The notes under the pieces: generated by a model
Told to the model about the DNA's origin: nothing
The model's database searches: none
Seen by the model: only the letters and a program-made list of their open reading frames with translations
In this document: piece after piece, positions 51,656 through 62,379 of the stretch
Position numbering within the stretch: the stretch's first letter is position 1
Layout: every line of letters starts with the position of its first letter
Program-made: the position numbers and the translations under genes
NCBI GenBank assembly: GCA_000091205.1
Contig: AP006501.2
Source of the DNA: Cyanidioschyzon merolae
Taxonomy: Eukaryota
Reading direction: 5' to 3' (one strand)
Length of the DNA stretch: 64,000 nt

Positions 51656-54472
51656 ATGGTGAGTGCAGACGCCCCTGCTTCCCGGCGAGTGTGGCCCCAG
51701 CGTTTACAGCCAACTGCGAGCCATATCGGTGGTTGTGCTGAGCTCATTTCAACGTTCTTCGGTCCCGCTGGGAAGCCAGACCAAGACAACTTTGGCACAA
51801 CATTGAAAAGTGGATCGATTCGCCCCACGCACAAACTGGAAGAGGCAACGACTTCAAATGCTGGACGAGGGCGGCGTGGCGTGCTCCAGCCGATCGCGCT
51901 CGAGAACACGCCCTGTGCGACGGCTTCGCACCCGAGGGCGCTTGCCGCTGAGTCGGCCCATGAGAACAGCGGACTCTGGGCCGGTGATCTCGTACTAAGT
52001 CCCGGAACAAAGGCGACACTGCAGCGGGCAGCGCTGCTTTCTCGAAATGCGAACCGAGAAGCACCGATCCCGGCTAACGACCCTGCTCCGAGTGCTATGG
52101 TGCGTGCGCCAACAGGCCAGTCGGACGCACCGCCCTCACCGCCACCTGAGGAGGACTTCATCGATACGTCGGTGGTGGACGACAGCTCCTCTTTGGAGAG
52201 CAATATGCTCATCCAGACCACGTCGTTCACACAAACCACTATAATTTTATCGGAGCGCAAACGAAAAACAACCAGAAACCGTAACGAATCTCCTCAGCGA
52301 ACGCACAATGGGTGTGAAAATGTCAGGCTATCCCAGCAAGATTTTCAAGCAGCACAAATCCTCAAGGATCAGAACAAGAGCGATCATACGAACAGCTTGG
52401 CGGTGACAATCGGTGACTCGAGCGCCCCGTCTTTGACTGGCATCAGCAGCCCGGGTCGTCCCGACACGCTGGAGCAGCCCAGTCTGGGTGACAAAAAAGA
52501 GGGTTCCAACCGCCTGGAACGCACCAAGGAGACGCTCAATGCCACAGCCGATATGTCTGCGATTCTTGCTGTTCACGCAGGATTGGTTCAAAAGTACGCC
52601 AACATGCCGCCATGTGACAGCGATGCCCTGACACGTGCGAAACACAACGAGTCCGAATTCTTGATGGACAACAGCATCGCTGCGAAGCAAGAGAGCTGTC
52701 TGTCCACAATGTCGCCAATGCTGCACGGCAATGCTGTACACACGGTATCGGCTGCATGGGGCGCGTCACCGGTAGTTTTCTGGGAGTCATCGGCGCTGCG
52801 CAGTCGCAGGGAGTCCCGCGGCCCGCTTACAATCCTGACGTGGAGAAGCAGGCAGCAACTGCGTGATAACAAGCTTGCTCTTGCCCAGGTTTCACCGGAC
52901 GCCGTGCTCAATGCACGTGCGCCTGTCGCAAGTTCAACGTCATCGGACGGTATAGCGCCGCTCTCTGGAGTCGCCCTGGACGCAACGCATCACGTTCAGC
53001 GTGTGGAAGTTGCTCGGAGCGCGAACCTGGCGCCGACGAGTGCAGTCCACGTTTCCGTTCCGCGACGTGTTGCGCAGGTGGTGTCGAGTCCAGCAGATGC
53101 TTCGCCACCAGAAGAGCGCCGACGAGACCGCAGCAGAAAAACGCTTGAGCGGCGTACCGGGTACCTCGCGGACGAGTACGGCAGCGAGGCAGTTGCAGCA
53201 CTGACGCTTGCACCAGCAGCCGTGACCGAGGATCAGGAACACGGTCTCGATCATGAAACTTACGGGCACACCAAGACTGACCGCATTCCAGTGCAGAAGC
53301 GGCAAGGCGCTTCGGCTGTGGCCCTGAAGTCCCATGGCGGCATTGTGCGGCGACCCGAGGTCTGCACGAACGCCGACGCCCCTGCAAACAAGCGCAGTGG
53401 ACTTGCACTGCCAGCGACCCGCGGGTTTCCAGAGCGCACGTCCGATGCAGCCGAACCCGTACGCAATAGGGATCTGTCACCTCGCGCTTGCAAAGACGGA
53501 ACCAAAGACCCTGTATCCAGCCCCAGAGGCCGTGCATTGCAAAGGCATCGAGCACTGGAGCCGTTAACCCTTCCGCCGCAGGTCTCTAGCGCAGCGCAGA
53601 AGACTTGCATTCCTCCCAAGACATACCAAGGTTTGCCACCCAGAATATCAAGACGTCCTCCAGGGGATGAAAGAGCGCCACCGCGCTTGCCAGCGTTCTC
53701 AAAGCACCTTGAGCATGAACGCTATCGAGCCTCGGCTGAACAAGCGCTGTATCGAGTGAGCGTCGACGCGGCTGCTGCGCGTGAGCGGCCTCCACCACGA
53801 CGCCATACGCTACCCCCAGGGGCGGCGCACCGACCGCCCACGGTCGCAAAGACGCCGCACTTGGAAACAGAGCGGCGGGCGAGACTCCGAGCTGCCGCCG
53901 ATGCCGCCGCCAAAGCTGCTTCCATTCATCAAAGTCGCACTCAGGGTGCGCGTGAAACGCAGAAACCCGCAAACAGCTGGAAACCGCGCATCACCGTGCC
54001 GCAGACCCCAAACGTGCTCCGCCATACGAGTGTCTGCCGACGCGAGCGCCCAAAAACTAAGGAGGAAATGGATCTGGAGGAAATGGAGCGAGGTCGACAG
54101 GCAATCCTACGAATGCGGGAAGCAAACGAGCGTTCCCGCCGAAGATGCCTCCGCGTTCAAACGTGCACCGTTTACAGAGGAGCATTAGACGAGCAAGTCA
54201 TGCACGGATCCGACGACTGTGCCAGTGCGGCACCAGGCATGAGCGGGCAGTCCTCGCGTGCACGCTCCGTGGGAACGGGGGCACTATTCCCGCCGTGGTT
54301 CGACAAGCCTTCGACGCCTGAACCTCGAAGGCGCACCATGCCGGCCCCGAGCGACACCACCTACCGCACAGCCTCTCCGCTAGATGCCAACTGGCAGACG
54401 TCCTCTCCGACGAAATGCGCACATCCAGCAGCACCAAGCACCCTGGGGTTATTCCGCAAATGGAGATCGTAA
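51656..54472 (+). CDS. Hypothetical low-complexity (P/R/A/S-rich) protein, 938 aa.
   Basis: An uninterrupted 2.8-kb ORF is far longer than chance in this GC context. Its composition is strongly biased and I see no recognisable domain. The ends may not be correct. Confidence 0.35.
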   Translation: MVSADAPASRRVWPQRLQPTASHIGGCAELISTFFGPAGKPDQDNFGTTLKSGSIRPTHKLEEATTSNAGRGRRGVLQPIALENTPCATASHPRALAAESAHENSGLWAGDLVLSPGTKATLQRAALLSRNANREAPIPANDPAPSAMVRAPTGQSDAPPSPPPEEDFIDTSVVDDSSSLESNMLIQTTSFTQTTIILSERKRKTTRNRNESPQRTHNGCENVRLSQQDFQAAQILKDQNKSDHTNSLAVTIGDSSAPSLTGISSPGRPDTLEQPSLGDKKEGSNRLERTKETLNATADMSAILAVHAGLVQKYANMPPCDSDALTRAKHNESEFLMDNSIAAKQESCLSTMSPMLHGNAVHTVSAAWGASPVVFWESSALRSRRESRGPLTILTWRSRQQLRDNKLALAQVSPDAVLNARAPVASSTSSDGIAPLSGVALDATHHVQRVEVARSANLAPTSAVHVSVPRRVAQVVSSPADASPPEERRRDRSRKTLERRTGYLADEYGSEAVAALTLAPAAVTEDQEHGLDHETYGHTKTDRIPVQKRQGASAVALKSHGGIVRRPEVCTNADAPANKRSGLALPATRGFPERTSDAAEPVRNRDLSPRACKDGTKDPVSSPRGRALQRHRALEPLTLPPQVSSAAQKTCIPPKTYQGLPPRISRRPPGDERAPPRLPAFSKHLEHERYRASAEQALYRVSVDAAAARERPPPRRHTLPPGAAHRPPTVAKTPHLETERRARLRAAADAAAKAASIHQSRTQGARETQKPANSWKPRITVPQTPNVLRHTSVCRRERPKTKEEMDLEEMERGRQAILRMREANERSRRRCLRVQTCTVYRGALDEQVMHGSDDCASAAPGMSGQSSRARSVGTGALFPPWFDKPSTPEPRRRTMPAPSDTTYRTASPLDANWQTSSPTKCAHPAAPSTLGLFRKWRS

Positions 54473-54601
54473 AAGCGCCATCAGGCCTGCAGACGACGCA
54501 CCCCAATGTCTTGGCCATATGACGCAGCAGTGCTGCCTCGTCTTCCTAGGGACTCAAGTTGCGGCCGGTGCCCGCGCTTCTCGGCATAACCCGGGTATCT
54601 A

Positions 54602-54723
54602 GGCGATTGCTGAAGCCGCTGAGGCGATCTTCGGCCAAATATCCGCTGCCTCTTTCGCTACCGGTCCGGTGATCGCGCTGCCCTTCATCTCGCCTTTCGG
54701 ATTCACTATAACTCCAGCGTTAT
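54602..54723 (-). CDS. RPL23: Ribosomal protein uL14 (RPL23), exon 2 (41 codons; stop TAG at 54601-54599).
   Basis: See the intron feature. The C-terminal 41 aa are [41 protein letters not shown]. Confidence 0.8.
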
Positions 54724-54960
54724 CTAAAGTCGCTCATATCAGCGGCAAGTGGTTAGTTTCCTGTTCTCGTTTGGTATGACCAGAGGTCACGATAAGCGCA
54801 AACCCGTGCTCAGCCCCGAAAGATGGTTTGCTGACACTATCCTCTTCATCGCCATAGCTTCCGTAAGCGTTTCCCAGACTCACGGAGTTCGCGTCAACTC
54901 AGCGTTGGATTGTGCGTATGAAGCTTTCATCATCGAACGCGGTTGCACTGTGAAACTTAC
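54724..54960 (-). other. Spliceosomal intron of RPL23 (237 nt, phase 1, GTAAGT…TTTAG).
   Basis: The donor is GAGG|GTAAGT and the acceptor is …GCGACTTTAG|AT. Splicing restores (D)[40 protein letters not shown], matching the RPL23 C-terminus, for a total of 140 aa. Confidence 0.8.
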
Positions 54961-55258
54961 CCTCAAACATTATGTAGGTGCCATCCTTCCGCCGCCATGC
55001 TTTTCGTTGTCTCACAACAACAGCTGGCATTACTTTCTTCCGCAGCTCCGGTTTCCCTTTTTTCACCGTAACCAGGACCATATCGCCGATGCTTGCAGCA
55101 GGGAGCCGGTTCAAGCGACCGCGCACACCGTGCACCGCGATGATGTACAAGTTCTTCGCTCCGGAGTTGTCGGCACAGTTTATTACTGCGCCAACTGGAA
55201 GACCAAGCGTACAGCGAAACTTGGTGCCTGCTGCACCACCACGCCCGCGTTTACTCAT
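54961..55258 (-). CDS. RPL23: Ribosomal protein uL14 (RPL23), exon 1 (codons 1-99 plus 1 nt).
   Basis: [99 protein letters not shown] is near-identical to eukaryotic RPL23. The reading frame then diverges at a GTAAGT donor, located at 54960-54955 on the minus strand. Confidence 0.85.
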
Positions 55259-56602
55259 GATTCAAGTTGATGACGATGATGGTGACGCTGGTGATGGTAC
55301 TGAAGCCGTCCAAGACGCGTTGGTAATGCGCACCCGACAATGCTGGTACGATCCTCGATTACGAGTCGTGCCGCTTTGGCGTCGACGGGACGGGCGTGAC
55401 CCCGGCGAGGGTGTCAGAGTCTGAACAATAGCGTATATTTTGGTTTGTTTGAATCTTTTTTCGGACATATCTTGACAGCGCTCATCGCGTCCATCGCAGT
55501 GCGGCCGAATCCCGTGGCGGTGCATGATGCTGGCGCCCGTCCAGCGTTCACAAGTATGAAGCAGCGCGCCCGGGCACGCGCTGGAATCCGCAATGAGGGT
55601 CGTCGTCGTCGTCGTCGCCCAGGCATGCTGCGGCTGGTCGGGTACCGACGACACTGGGGTAGCGGTATCGCCAACACTGCGATCACGTGGCTAGCTGCTG
55701 TAGTCACTGTCAGATATCGCGTCACGTCTCGGGCAGATGCGGTTGCACAGGCGGGGACTTTCCCGAATACAGGGGGCTTGCTTTCGTGTTCAGATGCATT
55801 GATGGAGACGATGTATGCGCGAACTGGGTCTCGCCTTTCGTCGGTAGGTATGCGGTGATTCGTCGACATTATCAGTTTTTTTGGACTCAAGAGTGTTGAC
55901 CAATTTGGGCGTGAGCGGTATCCCGAATGCAGCGGATCTTCCGCTCGAATACCCCCGAGCTGCGTCGCTCCAGCGCCAACCGATGCTCGGTTGCCTCTTC
56001 TTGGTCGACTCGCCAACGCGCACATGCATACCTGCACATCGCATCCTGAACCCTTGAGGCCATCCATTTTGTCTGGCAGGTGTGTATCGAGCAGCTTTGC
56101 AACTCCCTGCGGTTGTGATCCGCGCACTCCACTGCACACTGCTGTCAGCGGTGCATGGAAGATACACACCCTAGAATCTGCTGCAGCGAGCTGCGAAGCT
56201 TTCAGCGTCAGGCGAGGGAACGCCTCGTGAGCATGCGAGGCCCGACAGGCTTGCCAAATGGACGTCGACGTCTGCCTGGCAAACACCAGGCATGCGCCCC
56301 ACCGAGATATCTACCTGTTCCTATCACTAGTGGCGACAGAGGGAGACAGAAAGACGCTGATTGGGCTTGTCTGATGCAAGAGTTGGGCATCGTCATCAAG
56401 TGAACGCAGCAACTAGCTACGTATCGTTCCAAGCGTATCGAGCAGTCACGTGATCAGTCATTTGCGTGGATCGAACCAACACATCCGCAAGCATGCCGAT
56501 ACCAGCCACGCTACATATAGCGAGGGCGATGCTTCCCAGTCCATATAAACGTTCTATCAAACGAGAAAATAAGAATACAAGTAACTCGCTCCCAAGCTCG
56601 CA

Positions 56603-58099
56603 TTGCCGAGCGCCCAGGCGCGATGTCGTTCCGTATCGTACAGAGACTGGAGCTGTGCGCTGCTGAGCGCATTCACGGCATATCGCTTTTGCGCCTGCGA
56701 ACTGGGACCGTTCATGGCTGGGAATCACACGCTCAATTGCGGTACTGAGTGCCCATTCACTGCCTCTGCTGTGGCTGGAGCGAACGAGTCTGTTGAGCGT
56801 CTCGGTTTCCAACTGCCGCCCGGAGGCCGAGCAAAGGCGAACACCCCGACCCTGAGGCGAAGCGCTCGGTGCCTGCTGTCTTCGAGCGAGCACAGGTGCG
56901 GTACCTGGTCCAGTCAGCTAGACGTCCAGAAAGTGAAGCGTTGCAATACGAACCGTGTTCGACGACAGCGCTTCGCGGGTGTTCGAATGGACCACCGGAA
57001 ACCCACCAGTGGCCCTGTTGTTCTAGGCCTCGGTGCAACAGCGCTCGACTACCTTGCCACCGTTGAACGATATCCACAACCAGACGAGAAGATACGAAGT
57101 CAATCCTTGACAATACAGGGTGGTGGCAACGTTGCGAATACGCTCACGGCACTGGCACGCCTCGGTGTCGCGACCAGACTCGCAACGAAACTGGGTGACG
57201 ATGCGATCGGGCGGGACATACTCGCAGAGTTGCAGCACGAAGGCGTCGACACAAGCTTCGTCGCTATAAAGACGAATATGAACTCGCCCATAACCTACGT
57301 GATCGTCGATGCGTCCACACGAACACGAACCTGTATCCACACACCGGCCGCGGAGGAGTTGCTCGCCTCGGATGTCGTGAACCGCGACGCACTATGGGAG
57401 CGTGTTGCACTGGTACACCTCGACTCACGTCATACGAGCGCCGCACTGGCTCTGGCCAGAGAGGCGGTCCAACGCGGCATCCCTGTTGTCTTGGATATCG
57501 AAAAGGATCGCCCACATGCGCTTGATTTGGTTGCTCTGGCAGACTACATCATCACGAATGCGACGTACCCGCTGCATTTTAGTGCACAGCCGGGCATGAG
57601 CGCGAATCGCCTAACTGCACTGAGCGGCCTTGTCGCGATCATGGACTATGGAAGGGCAGCGTTTGCAATTAGCACCCAGGGTGCAGAGGGATCGCTCATG
57701 GTTCGTCGACGTCATAATGTCGATGGTCTTTATGCATTGGGTCATGAAACCGAGGAGCCGGCGCCAACTGGCCTTCCGATACTGGTACAGAGCGATACGT
57801 ATCCGCCGGCAACGGCATGCGGCTCATGCGAGCCCCAGTACGACGTGCTGCGCTGTCCAGCGTGGCCGCTCTCCAGACCAGTTGTAGACACGACAGGTGC
57901 AGGGGACGCGTATATCGCGGGTGTAATCTACGCGCTATTGCATGGGTTATCAGACGGGCAAGCGATGGCGCTAGGTTCGTTTGTAGCTGCGGAGAAGCTT
58001 GCTGGACCAGGGGCCCGCTCGGCGCTACCCCGGCTGGAACAGGTGCCTCCAGCGTTGCGCGCGCGTGTTCAAGCGCCGTCGAACTGGAGGTCAGGCTGA
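56603..58099 (+). CDS. pfkB-family carbohydrate kinase (ribokinase/ketohexokinase-like). The probable true start is ATG 56987.
   Basis: The C-terminal pfkB signature is VVDTTGAGDAYIAGVIYALLHG. The N-terminal glycine-rich region VVLGLGATALDY…QGGGNVANTLTALARLG is typical of ribokinase-like folds. The first 128 codons of the ORF are a probably untranslated or targeting extension. Confidence 0.75.
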   Translation: MPSAQARCRSVSYRDWSCALLSAFTAYRFCACELGPFMAGNHTLNCGTECPFTASAVAGANESVERLGFQLPPGGRAKANTPTLRRSARCLLSSSEHRCGTWSSQLDVQKVKRCNTNRVRRQRFAGVRMDHRKPTSGPVVLGLGATALDYLATVERYPQPDEKIRSQSLTIQGGGNVANTLTALARLGVATRLATKLGDDAIGRDILAELQHEGVDTSFVAIKTNMNSPITYVIVDASTRTRTCIHTPAAEELLASDVVNRDALWERVALVHLDSRHTSAALALAREAVQRGIPVVLDIEKDRPHALDLVALADYIITNATYPLHFSAQPGMSANRLTALSGLVAIMDYGRAAFAISTQGAEGSLMVRRRHNVDGLYALGHETEEPAPTGLPILVQSDTYPPATACGSCEPQYDVLRCPAWPLSRPVVDTTGAGDAYIAGVIYALLHGLSDGQAMALGSFVAAEKLAGPGARSALPRLEQVPPALRARVQAPSNWRSG

Positions 58100-58831
58100 G
58101 GGCTTTGCAGCCCAGCGTTGTCGCAGGTGCGCGATGAAATGGGTGCCCTTACTCCTCGATAACCATTGCGGTGAAGGATTTGGAGTGAAGAATGCTGCTA
58201 GTGCCGATGCCCGATGCCCGATGCCGTGACCTCCTCGATCGCCGCTTCTGTGACGTATGCGGTGTGAAGGATGCTGCTGATGCTGCTGCATGGTGCAGTT
58301 CCCTGCACACACACTTGTGCTGAGCTGGGCGTCATGCCAAGCATCTCGACTGCGGCATGAGCGCTGCTATCGTTTCCCTGGCAATTGCTGGACAGCTGGG
58401 CGCTTAGACACGGATGCTAGTAGGGCGCTGCGTTTCCGCCCAGGTCGATGTGTACAGGTGTTGTGCACGATACACTTGGGGATAGCGCTGCACTACGATG
58501 AGCATCAGCGTATGACAGCCGGTGGTCCGAGCCTCGATATCGCTCCGACCTGCGCTAGCAGGCACGAAAGCACGCGCAGCCAACGGACGACCGAGTCGGA
58601 CGGGGGTGCAAGCGGCGCGGTCACTGGAGCGCGCGAGACGCACCAAAGGCTCGTGTGTGACGACTTGTGTATCGTCGTTCCGAGACAACGTATGCTTTGC
58701 TTGCGCCAAAAACCATGTCGGTTGGAAAGGTTTACCCCGAAACCAGCTCGAAATCCGACCTCATCGCTCGCAAAGCATTGATCCAGTACAGCAATCATGC
58801 GGGTTGTTGCAGTCGTTTAAACCATAGATGA

Positions 58832-58855
58832 CAGCAGCAGCAGCAGCAGCAGCAG
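58832..58855. repeat. (CAG)8 microsatellite.
   Basis: cagcagcagcagcagcagcagcag. Confidence 0.9.
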
Positions 58856-58971
58856 CATGTTCACAATGTGCCGGGTTGTCCGTTGTGCCAGTAAGCGCCT
58901 ACTGGACGCGTGCTTGTTCGCAAAGCGACCAACTTTGCGTTGGATACTCTATTCAATGCGATGCTTTCACG

Positions 58972-60360
58972 TTAAATAGACTGGCGAATCTCGTCCCGTA
59001 ATCGTCGCTCAGTGTCTCGAGCAATCAAGCGATGGAATCTAACGACATAATAGGCAACGACACAGCGCAAGATCGGGAGAAGCGCGATCGATAGCACCCC
59101 AAAGTTGCCTGGAGCGAAACCTGCGTTCAGTGCACCCATCAAGTACCCATCAAGACCGAAAGTGATCCAGAATTTTCGTTTGGTGATGCCTCGCAGTGTC
59201 ACTCTGGCGACCTCATCAGCTGGCAGAGCAGCGCCAGCGGACATTTCCGTGCACGCTCTGGTGGCAGGCGGCTTGCGTCGATTTTCCACGTCAAAGCCGC
59301 GTGTCAAGGTATCCGGCGGAAATACCACCGAAACACCAATACCGTAGGGCCTCCCCTCATATACCAGCGTTTCTGCGAGACCGCGCAAGGCATACTTTGC
59401 TGGTGCGTAGGCGCTGTATCCGAAAATCGCTGCGAACGCTGCCATCGACGAGAAGAACACGATGTGTCGCGGTCTTTCCGAGCAGTACGGCACCCGTATT
59501 CGAACATCACCGCGTCTGTGCGTATGCTCCGCGACGATTGCCTCAAGAACCTCGCGTTTCCATTCACGAAAGGCAGCCTGAGCGACCAGAGCTGCAGACA
59601 TATAGTTGCACTCCATTTGCGCCCTAAACTCTTCCACTGTGAACTCTTCGAAATAACCCGGTAGTGCACCGCCAGCACAGCAGATAACAACGTCATAAGT
59701 CTCGCGTTTGTTCCCAAAGACACGGGCAACACCCCCTGGAGTTGAGACGTCTGCTTGTATTGTTTCAATCACCGGTTGGTGTCCCGAATCGCTGCCTTGA
59801 GCTGCCTTGGGGCGGCTCGAGAGCAGCACCTGCTTGGCAGTTTCCAGTCGCGACGCGTCCCTTCCTACGATAGTGAGGTGTCGCGGCGGCCCTGGTGAGA
59901 CACTAGCCTCACAGAGCATGCGCGCTATCTCGAAACCAATGCCGCTCGTCCCGCCCGTGATCAGTACCCGCAGGTTCTCCCACCGAATCGGTTGCGAACA
60001 GTCCCAGCGTTTCCTCTTCTGAGGCTTGCTCCGAAGGCCGTCGCGGTCAGCGCGACTTGATTGAAATATTCGGAAGCGGTGGAAGAGTCCCTGAATCAGG
60101 GCCATCAGGAAAGATGCAACCACAAACGCAAGCAGTAAACAGAGAGCGTTCCCCGCTCGTCGTTGCGCTTCGGTGAGCAGTTCCCGTGCTGCTCGGAGAG
60201 GCGGTGCGTCGAGCCAAGACGGCGTACGTTCTAGAAAAGTGAGCTTTGGCAAGCTTCCCATCTGCAGCGACACGAGAAGACCCGGTGCTCGGCAAGGAGT
60301 CGCGGTGTCAGCCACAAGCGAGTCTCTACTTTGTACAACCTGAACAGAGAGGCGTAACAC
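58972..60360 (-). CDS. Short-chain dehydrogenase/reductase, 3-ketodihydrosphingosine reductase (KDSR/TSC10)-like, with an N-terminal TM segment.
   Basis: 462-aa ORF. The NAD(P)-binding motif is VLITGGTSGIGFEIARML. The catalytic motif is YSAYAPAKYALRGLAETL (compare KDSR YS(A/S)SKFA(I/L)RGLAE). Hydrophobic segments lie at the N-terminus and near the C-terminus. Confidence 0.7.
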   Translation of the reverse strand: MLRLSVQVVQSRDSLVADTATPCRAPGLLVSLQMGSLPKLTFLERTPSWLDAPPLRAARELLTEAQRRAGNALCLLLAFVVASFLMALIQGLFHRFRIFQSSRADRDGLRSKPQKRKRWDCSQPIRWENLRVLITGGTSGIGFEIARMLCEASVSPGPPRHLTIVGRDASRLETAKQVLLSSRPKAAQGSDSGHQPVIETIQADVSTPGGVARVFGNKRETYDVVICCAGGALPGYFEEFTVEEFRAQMECNYMSAALVAQAAFREWKREVLEAIVAEHTHRRGDVRIRVPYCSERPRHIVFFSSMAAFAAIFGYSAYAPAKYALRGLAETLVYEGRPYGIGVSVVFPPDTLTRGFDVENRRKPPATRACTEMSAGAALPADEVARVTLRGITKRKFWITFGLDGYLMGALNAGFAPGNFGVLSIALLPILRCVVAYYVVRFHRLIARDTERRLRDEIRQSI

Positions 60361-60483
60361 CTCCGTCTATTTGGCGGCGACTCCGCCAGGTCTACGACGC
60401 CTCCCATCCCTGGTACTTCAGCGCACCTGCGCCACAAATGGCGCGAAGCGCTCGGCGTCGCCGCAGGACACCGGCAAGCTGGT

Positions 60484-60625
60484 GTGCCATAGGAGTGTGG
60501 TATAGGCGTGTGTGCCACAGGAGTGTGGTATAGGCTTGTGCTATAGGAGTGTGTGCTATAAGGGTGTGCTATAGGCTTGTGCTATAGGCTTGTGCTATAG
60601 GCTTGTGCTATAGGGCGTGTGCAAT
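60484..60625. repeat. Minisatellite of degenerate 13-14-bp units (GTGCTATAGGCTT / GTGTGGTATAGGC).
   Basis: ggagtgtggtataggcgtgtgtgccacaggagtgtggtataggcttgtgctataggagtgtgtgctataagggtgtgctataggcttgtgctataggcttgtgctataggcttgtgctatagggcgtgtgc. Confidence 0.85.
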
Positions 60626-60869
60626 GAAGGTAGAGCACGGAGCAGGCGTTTGGTTTCTGTATGTCGACGTGTTTTCCGGGCTTCTTGTACCTGTCCAGTC
60701 CTGGGAATGGAAATGCAATCGTAAGTTCATTCGAATTGATTCATAGGTCGAGGATGCTTGGTGGTGTTTTTGGAGCGAGTCCTTGGACTGCATGCAGCTG
60801 GAATTCGTTGCGTCACCAGGATCAGGATGATTCGCAATAGAAGAGACAAAGAGCTAGGAAACTGACCGA

Positions 60870-61420
60870 TATCATGATCCAGTGTTTGCGAAGACGTCTC
60901 GGCTCTTCCTGTTTCCTTACGTAGCGTATGTTGAAAAATCACGCATTGTGCACGTTTTTGATCGGTCTGTTTCAAGGCTAGTCATTGCCACAGCACTGCG
61001 CGTCGCTGGGCTGACGAGGAAACGAAAACTCGACTTGGTGCACTGGCGAGTGCTTCACAAGCTCATGGCAAAATTTCACTGAACGTGTCATGTCGAATAA
61101 TTATCGGATTCGTTCGAAGGACAAAAGCTCATTTTTTTGTGACTATTGACGAAACTGGATTCGACATCCGTACGCTACCGCTTACGAGATATGCAGGCAG
61201 TGGTTCTCGTCTCTTCTAATTGCATGGAAATTGGTCTTGGATTAGCACGTGGGTCATTGCGTCGATTGGCTCGAGTGGGGCGTGCGTTACCGCGTTCCAC
61301 GATGAGCAGGTAGACGGATCGAACTTGCTAGACTTGATCTCCAGACCTGACTTTTCTTCCCACACTAGTTTCAACACAGACAGCACCGCTTTCCACGAAT
61401 TCTAACTCATATGGGACATT
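60870..61420 (+). repeat. Partial copy R5 of the approximately 1.3-kb R family (about 550 bp, truncated).
   Basis: Blocks AAATCACGCATT…, …GACGA(G/C)(G/A)AA(A/C)…AAAACTCG…, …AGCTCATG… and …CTCTTCTA(A)TT…GGAAAT(T)GGTCTTGGA(T/C)TAG are co-linear with R1 18260-18590 and R2 21270-21600. Confidence 0.4.
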
Positions 61421-62379
61421 GTGCGCTCGCATATCCAGCTTACAAAGTACTCAGCATCGGATTACCCAAAAGGAGCTCGTCATTGGAGGGCACGGCACCG
61501 GGTACGGAAACGGAGGCGGACATCGAATGGAGTCCTCTGCACCAGACATAAGCATGCACAGAACGATGAAGCATCCCGTCGCGTGTCAACGAGCAGACCT
61601 CACCGGAGCAGGTGCCGTGGACATAATGGAATACCTGACCAAGGTCGAGTGTCGACGGTTCTCCAGCGCACCAAAGTTGTATACAAAGATGATGATGAGA
61701 CTAGCAAGCGGTGCGTAGCTTGCAGCTTTTGCGAGTGCATGAAATGCATGCACAACAGTCCGAAGGACGGGAAAAGAGGACAAAAATACCGAAACGAGTT
61801 ACTAACAACCAACGTGCTACCAGTTTCTTTCCTCCTCTTCGGTGAGCGTTACAAGAGGAAAAAGTTTTCCCAATTCTCAAAAGGTTACCATCTAGGCGGA
61901 AGGTCTCGCGAGCCGGACGAGCCTGCCGGGCATACGCTCTGTGCGCCTCTGCAGCGACCGATGCTGTAGTGAGATCGCCGCTGCCCTTCGGCAACGCAAC
62001 TCAGTCTGGGACTCGCAGCGAGTATGCTGCATTTCAGCGTCGCGCAGGTCGCAGAGGACCCCTAGCATATCGCATCGCGCTGTCGCAGGCAATACGTCTT
62101 TCTGCGCATCTTGCAGGCTCCCTGAATGACAATAAATCCCGATTCCATGTCGTGCAGAACACGCTTCGAGCCGGCGCCCTCAGCGGTATGACAACGCCGT
62201 TCTGTCTCCGTGATGCATCGGCATCAGCGGTGTAAGCGTTAAGGCGCGTGCTCGAAGTGGCACTCGGCGCACGATAGAACGTACGAAACGAACAATATAC
62301 CCAAAACGAAGTACAAGTAATGGAACTAGAAGGTAGGTGCTTCATCATGGGCGATTTCCCGAAAGCCGATACCTATCCC

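Noticed and set aside
52908-53555. 215-aa minus-strand ORF inside the 51656-54472 low-complexity ORF.
   Set aside because: It is an antisense overlap with compositionally biased sequence. There is no independent support.
55414-56286. 290-aa minus-strand ORF immediately upstream of RPL23.
   Set aside because: It is low-complexity and Arg-rich, with no motifs. It overlaps the likely RPL23 promoter or 5' region. It is not supported well enough to annotate as a gene.
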